Assembly: GCF_000150275.1 (NCBI RefSeq) | Contig: NW_002060960.1 | Coordinates: 1,068,469-1,132,468, forward strand | Source: Trichoplax adhaerens | Taxonomy: Eukaryota; Animalia; Placozoa | Reading direction: 5' to 3' | Length of the DNA: 64,000 bases | In this document: piece by piece, positions 28,030-42,200 of the stretch | Layout: each line of letters begins with the position of its first letter | Position numbering within the stretch: the stretch's first letter is position 1 | Made by a program: the position numbers and the translations under genes | The notes under the pieces: generated by a model | The model's input: the letters and a program-made list of their open reading frames with translations, nothing else | The model's database searches: none | Told to the model about the DNA's origin: nothing

Positions 28030-29496
28030 ATGGATGAGAATTGTCCTCATGTAGTCATTATTGGATCTGGTTTAGCTGGCTTAGCTGCCGCAGAGTTATT
28101 ATCTACTTGTAAGGAGAAAGTTAGGGTAACCATTCTGGAAGCCAATAATCGAGTTGGTGGTAGAATCTTTACCAGAAGATTGCAAGATAACAGTCCCATT
28201 GAACTAGGAGCTCAATGGTTTCATGGCAAAGTTGGTAATCCATTATATGATATTGCTGCTAAAAGCGATATTGCGACTCGAAAATCATCATATAACGATC
28301 GCTTTTATACCGAGAACGAAACTATCGCTGAGCAATCTGTTGGTGATTCGGCAAATGATTATTTTTCATCTATATTGGAGAGGATCTATGATCGTCAATT
28401 AGATGATGTTCCAGAACATATTCAGAATGTCGGTCAATTCTTGGATGTTGAGTTAAAAAAGTACTTGGATGATATCCAAGACAACTTTGCGAGAGCAGTC
28501 AGTGCTAAAGTATTTCGTTATCGAGATAGGGAAGAAAGTCATACATCCGGTTGCAGCACCCTTCACGATGTTCATCTTCGAGACTTTGGCGAATACCTTG
28601 AGTTGGAAGGAGGCGATCTGGCGGTGATAGGTGGGTATGACAAAGTATTGCAGACTATTATTGATCGTATTCCCAAAGAAGTAATTCGACTTAATCAAAT
28701 GGTTGTAAAGATCAAGAGTAGTGATAATAATGAACTAAATGGTAACGATCATACTACGGAAGCGCCTGTCGTAGTCGAATGTTCCGACGGTAATGTATAC
28801 AAGGCGGATATAGTAATTTGCACTGTATCACTTGGTATATTAAAAAATCAGGCCAAAGTTTTATTTCAACCTAACCTACCGGCTAAAAAATTAGACGTAA
28901 TTGATAGGCTAGCCTTTGGTGTGGTAAATAAAGTAATTTTCTACTACGAGAAGCCGTTCTGGCCCAAAAATCAATTCCGTAGATTGGTATTTCTTTGGAA
29001 TGATGAAATCGATGACAAAAATTGTGGTTGTAAGTTGCCGCTTGAAGATGATGAATTATGGCTAAAACATGTAAGTAGTGCACATATCATATTGCCATGT
29101 CCAAATGCTTTGCTATTTTGGTTTGTTGGTGAGGACGCTATTCGTGTAGAAAAATTGAGTGAAAAGCAATTATCCAGTTACTTGACTCGCGTTCTAAAGA
29201 AATTCATAGTGGACAAAACCATTCAAGAACCTGATATCGTTATAAGAACAAAATGGCACGAAGATCCTTATGTTCGTGGTTCTTACTCCTACGTAAATAC
29301 GAACGCTTGTGGGAAAGATATTGACGTGTTAGCTGAGCCTATATTAGATTATCAAGGTCGACCTTTAATATTATTTGCCGGCGAAGCAACAGATAGAAGC
29401 TATTATTCAACTGCTCATGGTGCATACCTTAGCGGCCAGAGAGAAGCAAACAGAATTTTGGATACTTTGCAATTAGAAAAGAAAATTCAATCTTAA
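28030..29496 (+). CDS. FAD-dependent polyamine/spermine oxidase (PAOX/SMOX family), intronless CDS
   Basis: Single ORF with first ATG at 28030. Motifs: VVIIGSGLAGLAAA (GxGxxG), EANNRVGGR, IELGAQWFHG, FGVVNKV, W..DPYVRGSYS, FAGEAT, YYSTAHGAYLSGQREANRI. No C-terminal PTS1 (ends -IQS). Confidence 0.93.
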   Translation: MDENCPHVVIIGSGLAGLAAAELLSTCKEKVRVTILEANNRVGGRIFTRRLQDNSPIELGAQWFHGKVGNPLYDIAAKSDIATRKSSYNDRFYTENETIAEQSVGDSANDYFSSILERIYDRQLDDVPEHIQNVGQFLDVELKKYLDDIQDNFARAVSAKVFRYRDREESHTSGCSTLHDVHLRDFGEYLELEGGDLAVIGGYDKVLQTIIDRIPKEVIRLNQMVVKIKSSDNNELNGNDHTTEAPVVVECSDGNVYKADIVICTVSLGILKNQAKVLFQPNLPAKKLDVIDRLAFGVVNKVIFYYEKPFWPKNQFRRLVFLWNDEIDDKNCGCKLPLEDDELWLKHVSSAHIILPCPNALLFWFVGEDAIRVEKLSEKQLSSYLTRVLKKFIVDKTIQEPDIVIRTKWHEDPYVRGSYSYVNTNACGKDIDVLAEPILDYQGRPLILFAGEATDRSYYSTAHGAYLSGQREANRILDTLQLEKKIQS

Positions 29497-30261
29497 AAGT
29501 CTTCACTTGAAATGTACCTTGTTCAATACTAACATGTTCGAAATGTTATCTGTAAATCATAAATTTATCTATAGGCTTTTTATACGATATTACTGTAGTC
29601 TTTTATTTTTGAAATGTTTTGTCTTAAAATTATTAATCATACACAATCTCTGATCAATTACGATGCAAAATATTTTTTCATTAAGATATTATCAAACTAG
29701 AATATTATTACTTAAATTAAATATCATATGCAAGACTTCTATACTCGTGCATAACGCATTTCTTAAATAAATGCTGCCATTTAGTATTTGTACCACTAGG
29801 AGAATTTTATTGGGACAATAACACATCCATGACCATGCTTACTACCGTAGTGATTTCCTGATTTGGTAAAGACTTTACATGTGGACTTTGTACAAATAAT
29901 AAATCTGCATGAGTAGGATCAATTTATGGATAGTTATATGTTGAAAATATTTACCACCAGCCACGAACTCCAATGAGCAGATATCTGAGTACAGAGCTTC
30001 TTTAATCTACCTTGTGTGCAGCACATTTACAAAAATTCTGTCCTGGCTTTCTAACCAATAAATTTGAACAAATTTCATTTTGCTCATTTCTAATCATTTC
30101 ATGCTACTAACTTAATGAATCATCCATTCGGTGTAAAATTATTATAGTTCAATGAAGCAGATTCTCTAAATTTTAATACTTATTACAGCCTATACCTAAT
30201 TAGTGGTTTTATGTTCACGTGATGAGTACAACATTTTCATTTACTACATTCTTCCAAGGAA

Positions 30262-33200
30262 CTACTTTGATTTTAAATTTTGGACTTGAAGCATTGGCAA
30301 ACAGATACACTTATCGTTATTCATCTAGCTATTCTACAACTATTAAGTTCTAGACTAATTAACGATAATATTGGTAAAGTGTTCGCTAATACATTATCCG
30401 AACATTATTTGTTCGTCCTTACGTTAGGGAATTGAGCAGTATAAACTCTTACTCTGAAGCATGTTTCCTCCATTACATTATTTGGTGCTCTTATCTTTGC
30501 CCACAAATTGAAATCACTTAAAGTATATGAGCTAAAATATGGTCCTACGTTTCTGCTTGATTTCCATCTGTAATACAATTTGCTGTTATTGTAAATTAAA
30601 TCTAAGCTGAGAAAAGTTGAAAACTAACCTCAGTAAGAGTGTTTAATTATATAATTTGCTGTCTAAACTGCACTTACGCATCATCTATCATATCTCATTC
30701 TCATCTTGCTACTAGACTAATAGATTATTTAAAACGTATATGAAATATCCATTCCTATGATCATCAGTAACCCATATTTCGTTTATAACAGGTTATTTAT
30801 TAAACATTTTTACAAGATCCGACTTTTTATATAGGATTAAATTAAGTTGAAATGATGATCAGCTAATTCTTATATTGAAAAATTACTTGCTCTACAAGGA
30901 TAATATAAGAATTGCACATCAATAATATGATTAATGAGGATCTATGACAATTAATCCCTATAGCTGCTATTTATAAGCTATTCTACGTAAGTATAACAGT
31001 ATAATAATTATAAGTTTTAATTCGTCAAAGTTACTAAACCTTAACATGGTCTACAATAGGATGCTATTTCAGTGAACTATAAATTAAATTACAGTATCAT
31101 GTAACTTTAACTAATGGTCTGAATTATGGAATATTGGTGATAATTTCCTTTGCAAATGAACATAGATTGTTCATCATTTCCCTTCATAAATAAATAATCT
31201 ATTTGAGCACTTTGAAGGACCTGCAGCAATCGAGACGTCATGATATCGTAAATTAATACCTGACAGCTTTTGCTATCAACGACTGTCAAATAATTCTTCG
31301 GCCAAATATAACAGCCACTTAGTAGTAGCAACTGTTGGTTATAGCCTTCTAAAGTATTCTTGAATCCACGTAGTAACAACTTCTTTCTTCTTATATCGAT
31401 CATCTAGTAGAAACGTTTTTAGTAATTTAATATCGATTCGTCAAATTTAGTACAAAGTCGTAATATTTTACCCTAATATCCACTCCTTTTTCAATTACAA
31501 CACACTCCTTCCATTTATCGTCGCATCCTTCCTGGAAAGTTATTAAAAATTCAAGTACTTATTGCTTTTAAGAAAAGGATACTACAATATCATTTAAATA
31601 TGACTACGTACCAACTTTTCAGCGAGCTCATCTCCGAATATCTTGATGAAGGTGCTTGCATCCCATTTGCAAAATAAAACGTGACAATCATCACTCAATT
31701 CGTCTGTAGGTAGCACAATCTTGCATATAGATTCTTTAGTCCAGATATTGATACCGTCAGAAGATAATTTGAATAGTTTGAACTTAATCAAATTATCTTG
31801 AATCTTATACCACTGAAATTGAAGTTTTTGACGATCAAAGAGAAAGAAATTTGTTGAATAATCAGATTGTACAACAGTATCAAGAGTTTGCTAATTTATT
31901 TATGAAGAAATTAATTTATCATTTTAAAAAGTATACATGACAACAAATACAAAAAAATTACCTGAATTACATGCTTAAAACTACTTATACGCTGGTACAT
32001 AACTAGGTTATGAATATTACTAAATAAAATTTTCATATCTTCATAATATGTCGGTTCTTCGAAACAGTATGGCATTTCGTCTTGATCGACACATTTTAGA
32101 ATGATGACGGCAAATTGATTGATGTGATCGTCTTGGTCCTTTAAAATTAGGCAAAGTTTATCTTAAATTTGATAAATATCCACGTACGTAAATATATATA
32201 CAGCACAATAGACCTCTTAAACCTTCATCAATTTATAGAAATTACACGAAATATAATTTTTCAAAAGGATTCTGTTACAATTTGGAGAGAGTAAAACTCA
32301 ACATTCCATTCTATCTACTGCATCTATCAGGTTATTAATGGCATTATTACCGTGATGGTTAAAATAAATATTAACTTATGGTCAGACTTTCGGTATCTTG
32401 CTGATTCAATTCTCGTATTAGCTGCAGTTCCTTTATGACTTAAAATTTGTTGCATTTTTCTTACTACATCTGGCATCCCTTTTAAATGACACAACTAGTG
32501 AAAACGATTTAAGAATAGTTATAACGTGAATTATCAAATCATACTTTAATTATGAACACCTCATTATTTTGTAATGATCAGGCATAATTTAGGGATCAGT
32601 AGCTTAAATAATCATGCTGTGTACTTACGAAGAATAATTCAAATTATTATTGCTTTGAATAAAATTTAAGCATTCGCCAACTGTTAATATCTTATTATTA
32701 ATCTGTCTTTACCAGTATATAATACATACTCATGTAAGAGTATTATTAGAAACTAGAAATAAATTTCACGTGAAGTATATTAAGTCTATATTTTGATAAT
32801 TTTAACAAATTTTAAACTGAAGATGGCACAGTCGTTAGAAGCACCAATATCTGACATAGCTTGAATACAATTTATGCTAAGCTTATTTTAGTTAACCTGA
32901 ATAATTGCGAAATGATGATGTAACTCAGCCAAATTGGGCAAACAATCTAATTGATTGCATGCATGCCACTGAATGACCACGATAAGCTGCAGATCATCAA
33001 ACATATAGCACTTATATGACCATTTTGCATGGTATGGCTGCTCTAAGTAGCTACAAGATATGAGTTCCAAGTTTTTTCCCTGATAAATCTATGGATAAAG
33101 AGAGCTTAGTCAAAAAAGAGAAATTTAAGCATAGAATGACAGTAGAGAATGAAATCTACAAACTACATAATTAATCATCTATCTCATGCTCATAAAATTG

Positions 33201-36200
33201 CAACTGATCTAAAATTGGCTTGATGCTATACCTCTAATTTCAATTTCTTGTTCTTCTTGTCTCCATATAATTTTGTGACATGCGGAACATCAAAAATATA
33301 GCAACAGCTAGAATCAAGTAATTCAATATTGGAACTATTTTTCATAGCCAGTCTATCGCCAACGATCACTTTGTTTTGTGGAACTATCCAGTTCAATTTT
33401 TTGTCTAATACAGTACGATATCATACACCTTTATTCAGTTTTGAAATTCATCATAGCTTGCTCAATTAATAAAATTAAAATAAAGTAACTTGTACGTATA
33501 ATAGATTACCTTCTAAGTCATAACGAAACAGAGATTGAGTTTTAGTTTGATTAACGATAAAAAAATGATGACTTTGAGGCATAGACATGAGATGATGCAC
33601 TTCCTGTACAAAATTAATAGTTGTAAAGGAACTACAACACCTCGAAGCGATATCAAGTTTCTAACATTTGAAAAGCAAAAAAGGATCAGCATATCTGTAC
33701 AACATGAAACCTACTTCACGTTCTTCCAGAAGGATTAATAAAGTAACTTCATGAAATATACTAGCAATGCTGTCAAAAGGAAGCTATAGGCTTACTAGAA
33801 TGTCGATATTATGTCCCTTATGTATAGCTAAATATTGGTAATCATCTGTTATGATCATATCATCAATTGCTTTTGCTGTACAATAAATTGGTTGAAACAC
33901 ATCTTCAAATTGCTCTGTCATGTCGATGATTATAGTATCTCCGTTTTGTCCTTCGATGTCTAAAAATCCAATGACGTCGCTATAAGCCATTAATAAGACT
34001 GGAATTTCACCGTTAATATATTCCACATGATAGAGGTAAGAACTAGAATCAACATATCGAGTACATCTGTATTTGTTGTCATCGAAGCGTTGAATTAATG
34101 CAGGAACATCCCAAAGCCGATGGCAATGCCAGTTTTCCAGTTGCCAAACCTGTTAAGAAAATGATCATGATAATTTTTACACCCTTAAACTAGGCAATTT
34201 TTATTATGTATACTTTTTTACAGAGTTAGATTACTTCTATACGACATTCAGGCAGCCTTGAATTTAATTTCATCCAACTTAAAAGACGATTAATCCAGTT
34301 ACCGTCCTCATTTTTATTAAACTTTAATCGATCATAATTTCGCTGACAGACAAGAATATTGTCGCTGCTTCCGAAAAATTTACAATATTCAATCTCGTCT
34401 TCACATGACATTGATTTATTGGTAGATTGAATTTCGTTTTCGGTAATTTTCCAGATCTATAAAATTAGAAAGTGATAAAAATTAGAATCTAGTATAAAGA
34501 AATGAAACTCTATTAATTAATGCTCTTGTTTAATTTTAGCCTAAAGATACAGTAACCTAGAATAAATACGAAACTGCTTTTGAAGTTCTTTATAAGTATT
34601 TGACCTACATATTCTAGGAATATTCCCGTAGGTGATATACTGACCTTAAACTATCGATTTTATACATAGTACTTAAGGTACTAATTTAAAGATTTAGCTA
34701 AATATTTGTAGGTAGGTATTTGTTATTAAAATTATAGCATGCTGGAATGTAAAACAACTTTGAATTAAATTCTAGCTATGAAAATAACTGAGACTCTATT
34801 AGTCTAGTTCAATTCTAGCATAAAGATGCTTAACCTAGACTAAATATAAGGTGCTTCTGTGGCTTTTAAAAGTATTTGACTTTGCTGTATATGTACTAGA
34901 AATATTTTAGTAGAAATATGTAGACCATAAATTATTGATATTACAGATAGTACTTATGGTACTTAATGAAAAATATAACTATATGCAATTATTAAAGATA
35001 TCTCTTAGTAAAGTATCAGAGTTCTGTAATAAAAATGTAGGCGTTCGTGGTATATTAGCACTCACATCAGCCTCCTTCCTTCTGTTAGAAATTGTTAGCA
35101 GAAATGGGCGATTGGTAATATCAGATGAGAATTCCAGATTGGAGAAATTTGTTTTAGAGAGTTTACGGCTTTTACTGTTAACAAATCGAAGTTTTTCTTC
35201 CATAATTAGGTTATATACTATCCATTCAATGGCTGGTTTAGCCTTATAAAAATCGAAATAACGTTGTTACTAAAAATATAATTTATCCAGGAAGCTATTA
35301 ATCTATCCTATTTCGTTTTTCACTATTAGTAAGTATTAAAGGTTTTATTTTCTTTGCTATTTAGATCACATATATTTGCTGTACAGAATAAATTTCCTTA
35401 AATTAATATACGAGTACTAGAAATATACTTATTCAGTCCATAAACTTTATAAAATATTTGCTTACATTTCACTGCGTAAAGCCTTATAATAAGAATACCA
35501 CATCTATAATCATTTATGAAGAACTTTAGAGAATTTACTACTTACTTTTTTACCGCCCTTGATCTCTTCAAAGGAGAAGGCTAGAAATTTCCCATCAGAG
35601 GAAATCTTAATATCAGTAACTTGGGTATGTTGATTTTCGATCTTACAGTTAATAACTTTTCTGGATGACTCATAATTCTTAACCTGTGGTACAGCACGCT
35701 TATAGTATTAATTCAAAATAGTTTTTGTCTGGCAACGACATCTAAGAAGTGTTTTTATACCGTCGCTAACAGTTTGTTATTTTCGAACAAAAACTTGCCT
35801 ATACGTTGAAATTACGCTGAAAAACTTACATGGACCCTCTGATTCGGTATATCTTCTTTATTACAACCAAATGCTAGTAGTAGATGTTCGCTACGTGAAC
35901 TAGAACAACTTGGTAATAAGCTTCCAGAATGGCTTACCATGGTTCTTGACTCAATCCACGTTGGAATATTGGCACTTTGATGGCTAAAATAGTAAATAAT
36001 AAAATACAGAGTATTCGTTCATTCAGAAGAGGAATAACAGCTTAGAGATTGATTGCAGTTAAAACAGAAATTTCAAAGCACAGTACTTTTACCTTGATAT
36101 TTTCCAGTACGGGCCAAGACCACATTTGGTATTTTTTTCAGCAATCACTAGTGCTCTTTGCATAATCCAGCTATTTGGTTTAGCGCTAATTAATAGGAAC

Positions 36201-39200
36201 TGCACGAAATCCATTTTATCAATATCCAAAAAAGATTCGTTTCGTAAATACAAATCCAGCAGGTGTTTCATTTTATCGCATCTCTATAGAAAAGTTATAA
36301 AGAGATTACAACTGCATCTAGGCTAACGTTCAAAAATTTAGAGGAAATATGAATTAGAGCATGCACCATTTAATTGCTTTCCATCTTCCGCGATTATGTT
36401 AGATCTGAAGTAGACTAACTTGAAGAGACTACTAATACACATCTACAGGGAACTACCCTTTTGAGTTTACCTAAGTTAAAACTTATACCAATACTTTAGG
36501 CTAAATTAGGATAAATTTCTCAATAAAGTAGTATTACTATTCATTTCAGAGCTACAATATTTATGCTTTTCATTATTAGTAATTACACTAGATTAGTTCC
36601 TAAATGTGCAACCAAGCTAACTTGAAGAGACTGCCAATATATGCCCACGGAAATACCATTCCGAGTCTACGCTAGTTAAAAGTTATACCAATAATTTCAG
36701 CTATATTGGGTTAAATTCCTCGATAAAGTAGCATTACTACCGTATATATTTATACTAATGGAATTTTGCTTTAAGATAAAATATAGTAAACCGAATTACT
36801 TTAAAAACCTCGATAACATTAACTTTATTACCTCCTCAAGCTTCTCGTTGTTTACTTTCTTCGATTCCAGATATCCAATATATTCTTGCAAATCGATTCT
36901 TAGATCATGCAAATTTTTTATCTGCCTTAGTTTCGCAGTTATCCAATTAAAATCCAATAAGATCGTTTCTATAGATTGATAGTCTTCAGCTTGAATAGCA
37001 TGTTTGATAAAATTTTTATAAAAGTATATGTTGCATTGGCTAGTGTCTGGATATTTTGTATTATAAAGCCTCATATAATATCGAATCAATAGCTGATTTA
37101 ATGCCTTTCGTTTTGACCACGGCAAGTCTTGAAAATAAGTCATAGCATTTTCTTTTATAGTAAAGCAGATCCTTTCAATGCTGAAATTCAGTATTCAGAA
37201 CGCAAATAATAAATATGAAGATTATACTGCTTGCTTGTTACACAAATAGTAGCCAATTCAATTTCATGAACTAGAAATATTGCCTAAGTTTGAGTAATTT
37301 TCAATTTATGAAGACCATATATGCTATTCTACTTTCTTGCCAATTTAAATTAAATCCAAAGATTTTTACTCGCTGTTAATTTATTGACGTTTCAATTCAA
37401 ATTCTTTACAGCCTATTTCAAGGCTGTAATCGTTTCTTCATTTTAGTTAAGTACCAATTTTTTCTTTAAAAAATCTGCAATTATTTGCTATTATATTGAC
37501 AAATATTGGTATCGTTCCTCAACATTAAATGATCGACATAAGTATTTTTAATGTGTTTCTTTTATCAAAGTAATTTTGATTATTTATGATTTTAATTGCG
37601 AAATAAGAGTGGTAAAGATAATTATTAAAGCTTCTGAAAGAGAAGTATTATCAAAAGCTACTTTTACTTTTATCGGCTAATACAATAACCGCTATTTTTA
37701 CAAGTAAAACTAAAAAAGTGGTTAATAAAGGGCAAATATTCGCAATTACAAGTCGGCCACAAATCTTAGGCACCAAATTTATCTAAGTATAGATCCATTA
37801 CAACGTAAATGCTTAACCCATTTTCAGCTAAAGCAATTAATCAATCATCTTAAAAGCTCTTGACCCACAATGCATATTGGCGATAATTATTTATGCCCCT
37901 AATTTGATTTTTTATCTATTGCCATTTCGCAAAACTTAGAATCCGTGATATGAAAAGATGTTTTTATGCCCATACTCCATCTAAATACCTTACTTACGGT
38001 ACAAAGTACTGCAATTTTTATCTACAAATTAGGGTTTTAAAGACATTACGTTTCAATTTATCTATCTATTTTGATGAGTTACTATTTGGCATATTTATTC
38101 CTCATGTCTTCACGATTCAGCGAACCATAAAAAGTAAAAATGGTCATGTTGTACTTTAAGTAAGACTGTGATATAAAATGGGCACGCTCCGAATTGTTGA
38201 AGTTATACCCATATGTAAAAAAAAATACCAATTGGGATTATCTGCTTTACCGTTAAAAAATTTGAAAGTACTGGAAGTATTGTCGACTCTGCGCCTATTA
38301 TTAAAAAAAATTGCGAACTGAAAAGATGTTAGAGATTCAAAAAGTATTTGGAATTTCACCCTATTGTAACCGTTAGAGTATTGTCTCTTGAACTAGGTAT
38401 GTTATATTTCGTGACAAGTTTGATTATTTGAATATCCGTTAGATCGCTAGACTTTCATTAATAATTCGGAATGATTGATGATAATAATTAAGGAATATTG
38501 GCAGTCATATGCTTAGCATAAGTTTGTAGTAACTATTGCAATCATATATAGATATGAAATCGATTAAGGTGTGAGAAAAATATGTTGCACTATGATCTTA
38601 AAATTTAAGTCAATCTTTTACTTCGCTATCAGATATTCCAAGGCCTATCGTCCATTACATAATAAAAAACTTGAACAGCGCATCCTACAGTTTGCATATG
38701 TACTCACCATTTTCAAATGAAGAATGCAAAGCTAGAAAATCTGCAAGTGTTGATCTTTACGGATTAGCTGCTGGCGATTCTACTTTCCTAAATAATATCA
38801 TCTTTTCTGGTGAAGCTATCATTTATACTTCATCCTTTATCCGTAAGCATAATTGCAGAGTTTTAGGATTAGAGAAACCATCACATTACAATCCATTAGT
38901 AGAGAAAACGGAAAAGTTACATGTTTGGTGTGGATTGACGAAACATGGACTTATTGGCCCATTTTATTTCTGCGGCTTAATTAATGAAGAAAACTATTTT
39001 TCTTTGTTAAAAAGTATGATGATTTCAATGCTAGGGGCTAAAGCAACTTGAAACCGGAATATTTCATCAAGACGATGCTTTGTCACATCAAGCTACTGCA
39101 ATTAAAGAACTTTTAAATGATAGCTTTCCTAATAGCTAGATTGGTTTGCAGAGGCCAATTACTTGGCCAGCTAAATCACCCGATTTAAACTCTTGTGATT

Positions 39201-42200
39201 TTTTCTTATGGGGATACAATCAAAACCAGACTGTAGTGTATTTAGAATATACTGTAACTATATTCTACTCTTAAATATAGACATGTTGTATTGCGCTTAT
39301 ATTTAGACAGAACTACAGTCCGCTTACTCTACATTCATATATAGCCTACTGTATTTAGTTATTACGGTACTCGCTGTTTTCTACAATCATCTGCTATTTT
39401 GTAATCTGTTATGGTATATGTTGTATCTAATTCCACAATCCTATTCTCTGCATGTGCTCTATCTTTAAAACTATAAATACCGGCGATTTCTACCTCAGAG
39501 TTCATTAGCCTCTCAGTTAGTCTTCTAGTTAGTCTCTCACAGTCTAATACTTCTACTCGTTACTCACGACAGCTTGCACGCTGATCTACCGTAACTACCT
39601 CACTGTACTTCACATTACTAACCTACAATAAAGCATAACTTTTATAAACCCTTTGTTGTAATAATTGTAAATGGCGACTAAATCTCAATCCTCTGAGATA
39701 TCGAACCCTCCATCACACAGACTAACTAAATATCATATCAATCTATGAATTACCTAGAGATTTGTGTCGATGACATATGCAAAAATCTACCAAGCGAAAG
39801 ATTGCAAAAGCTTTTACCAATTTTAAACAGAGGATAGGTCTATGTATACAGGTTGAAGGAGGTCCCATACAATATCTCTGCATTGGATGTTTATAATCTT
39901 ATAAAGCTTTCTTTTTTGCAGTAGTTTAAATTTGAGCCAAATTAGTGATGTAGTTATGCGCGTATATACTAATTTATTTTGTATATTCTTGGCACACCTT
40001 ATCGACTTAATGATATATAGTCATCGTATTTCTAACAGTAATGGTTAGATTACTGCTTTTGATGGATTATGCTTATACTTGTGTTAATTAAGATATAGCA
40101 TATGAAATATTACTAATGTTGTTTACTCGTAGAACAACTATAACTATTGAAAGAAATCGTAAATTGGGAGTTTTACGTCATATTTGAATAAGAAAAATAA
40201 TAAATATTATCTCATTCTATGCTTGCCATTAAAATTTTTCTCACTGCTGTCTTGCTATGATAGGATTTAATCGCGGAACTTTACCCAACACCCCTTATAA
40301 GGAACCAAAAATATTACAGACTTGAAGATTATATTTAGTACAAATGTGATTCCGGTCATCATATTATTATTACGACACTTAAAATCTTGATAAAATTAAA
40401 AAGTCAATACTGTGACTTTATATTGAAGATCTTCGTTTAGATCAGTTAATCTTCTATTTTTTTACATATCATAACCTTGTGCAGCTATGATTTATTATAC
40501 TTTAAAGCCTGACCTTATAGAGTAACAAAGTTACAAATAATTCTATATGTTATTATTCTATATGTTATTAAAATGGCAACTTAAATTCGAGAAAATGTTT
40601 AATTAAAGTACTATATGAAGTTGCCAAATCCCTATCCTGTACTCTTTTTTAAGTTATCATATCATAACCCCCTGCTTTAACTTGTAAACCGGTCAAAGTA
40701 TATACTCTATTTAGAGCCGTATACTTAACGGGTAGGAGGTATTGGACCTCTAACATACAATAGTACTATATAGATTTCATACTTAAGAAGCTTAAACTTT
40801 AAAATATTAGCTTGTAATATTACAATAATATTATGAAGTAATTCGTTTTGAAATTAAGATAGCAATTTGAATTCGAGAAGACGTTTGCCTGAAGTATTGT
40901 ATGAAGTAACCGAATTCCTATCTGTTACGAATTAGGAATAGCCCTAACTTGCAATAAGGATTGAGAGAGTGATTTCTACCCTTTACTATTGTTACTTGAA
41001 ATACCAGACAATTGGTATTCCAAGGCATATATATATTACATATACACTATTGCAGGTTGATACGAGTATATCATAACCTTTGTGAAACTATTAACTATAC
41101 TCTGCTCTAGAGCTATATATGAACGAATACCTTACTTCAGGTAATCGTCGTGAATTAATGGAAATACATGTAATTTTAACGCAAATTTTAAAATTTCAGA
41201 TGGAATTACGGTAGTATTCCGGTAATGTCTTCGTCGAGTCTGATACGAAGCCCTAGCTACGGAATATGTCTAAAGATAGCTATCACATGCTAATTTTTTG
41301 GGTGTAATTGAATATTAAATAAAGCAATTTCTACACTTCCTACACGGCAAAATTTAGACTTAATTGGTAGATTAACTTCATTACTTAAATTAAATTTCCG
41401 TCAGGCTGTAAGTAATATAGTTCATAGCCTCGGAAGATAATTTAGAATTTACATACCTATCGTCTTCATCAGATTGCAATAATCCGTAATGGCTAAATTC
41501 TTTCAACAAAGAAACTGTATAGACCGTATCAGATTCCCATACTGTAGCGATGATGTCAACTGGTATCCGCCATAATTTAGGAAACAGTGCCAGCAAATTG
41601 AATAGCTTCTGTTTCTGTTGGTCTAATTAAATTATTAGGATGATTATGAACATACATTTATATTAACTCTAACATAAATAGGAATTCATTCCATCTGGAA
41701 CAAAAATGCATAAAAATACAACTAACAAACTTAAGCTTCATAAATTACTGGCAACAAACTCAAATAAGCTGCTTTGGGAGGTCTTTAATACAATTAGGTC
41801 TAAGTAATAGTTGTGTAAATGAGTAAAATGAAATCTATCCTAATTTAGTATATGTTCATGTTGCTATTCTCAATAAAATTATTCAATATCGCAGTAAAAA
41901 TTGGGGAAAATGTGATCCCTGAAGGAAAGCTGTTTGGTGGAGTCTAATAAATTTCTTATTGAATAAATGCATATTGAACGATATACTTCTAAATACAGTA
42001 ATTATTTTTAGTTTAGAACATTTGATATAGCAATCATACATGATTTAAATTTAATAAAAAAGCTGTATTTGTAGAGCTTACTTTTAAATACGGTAGAGTC
42101 TATTTTTAGTAAAAGTATTAGTTTACCCCAGACTGTAGCATAATTCTAAGACTGTAACATAACTCTAAATATGTATCATCTATATTTAAGAATTTACTCT

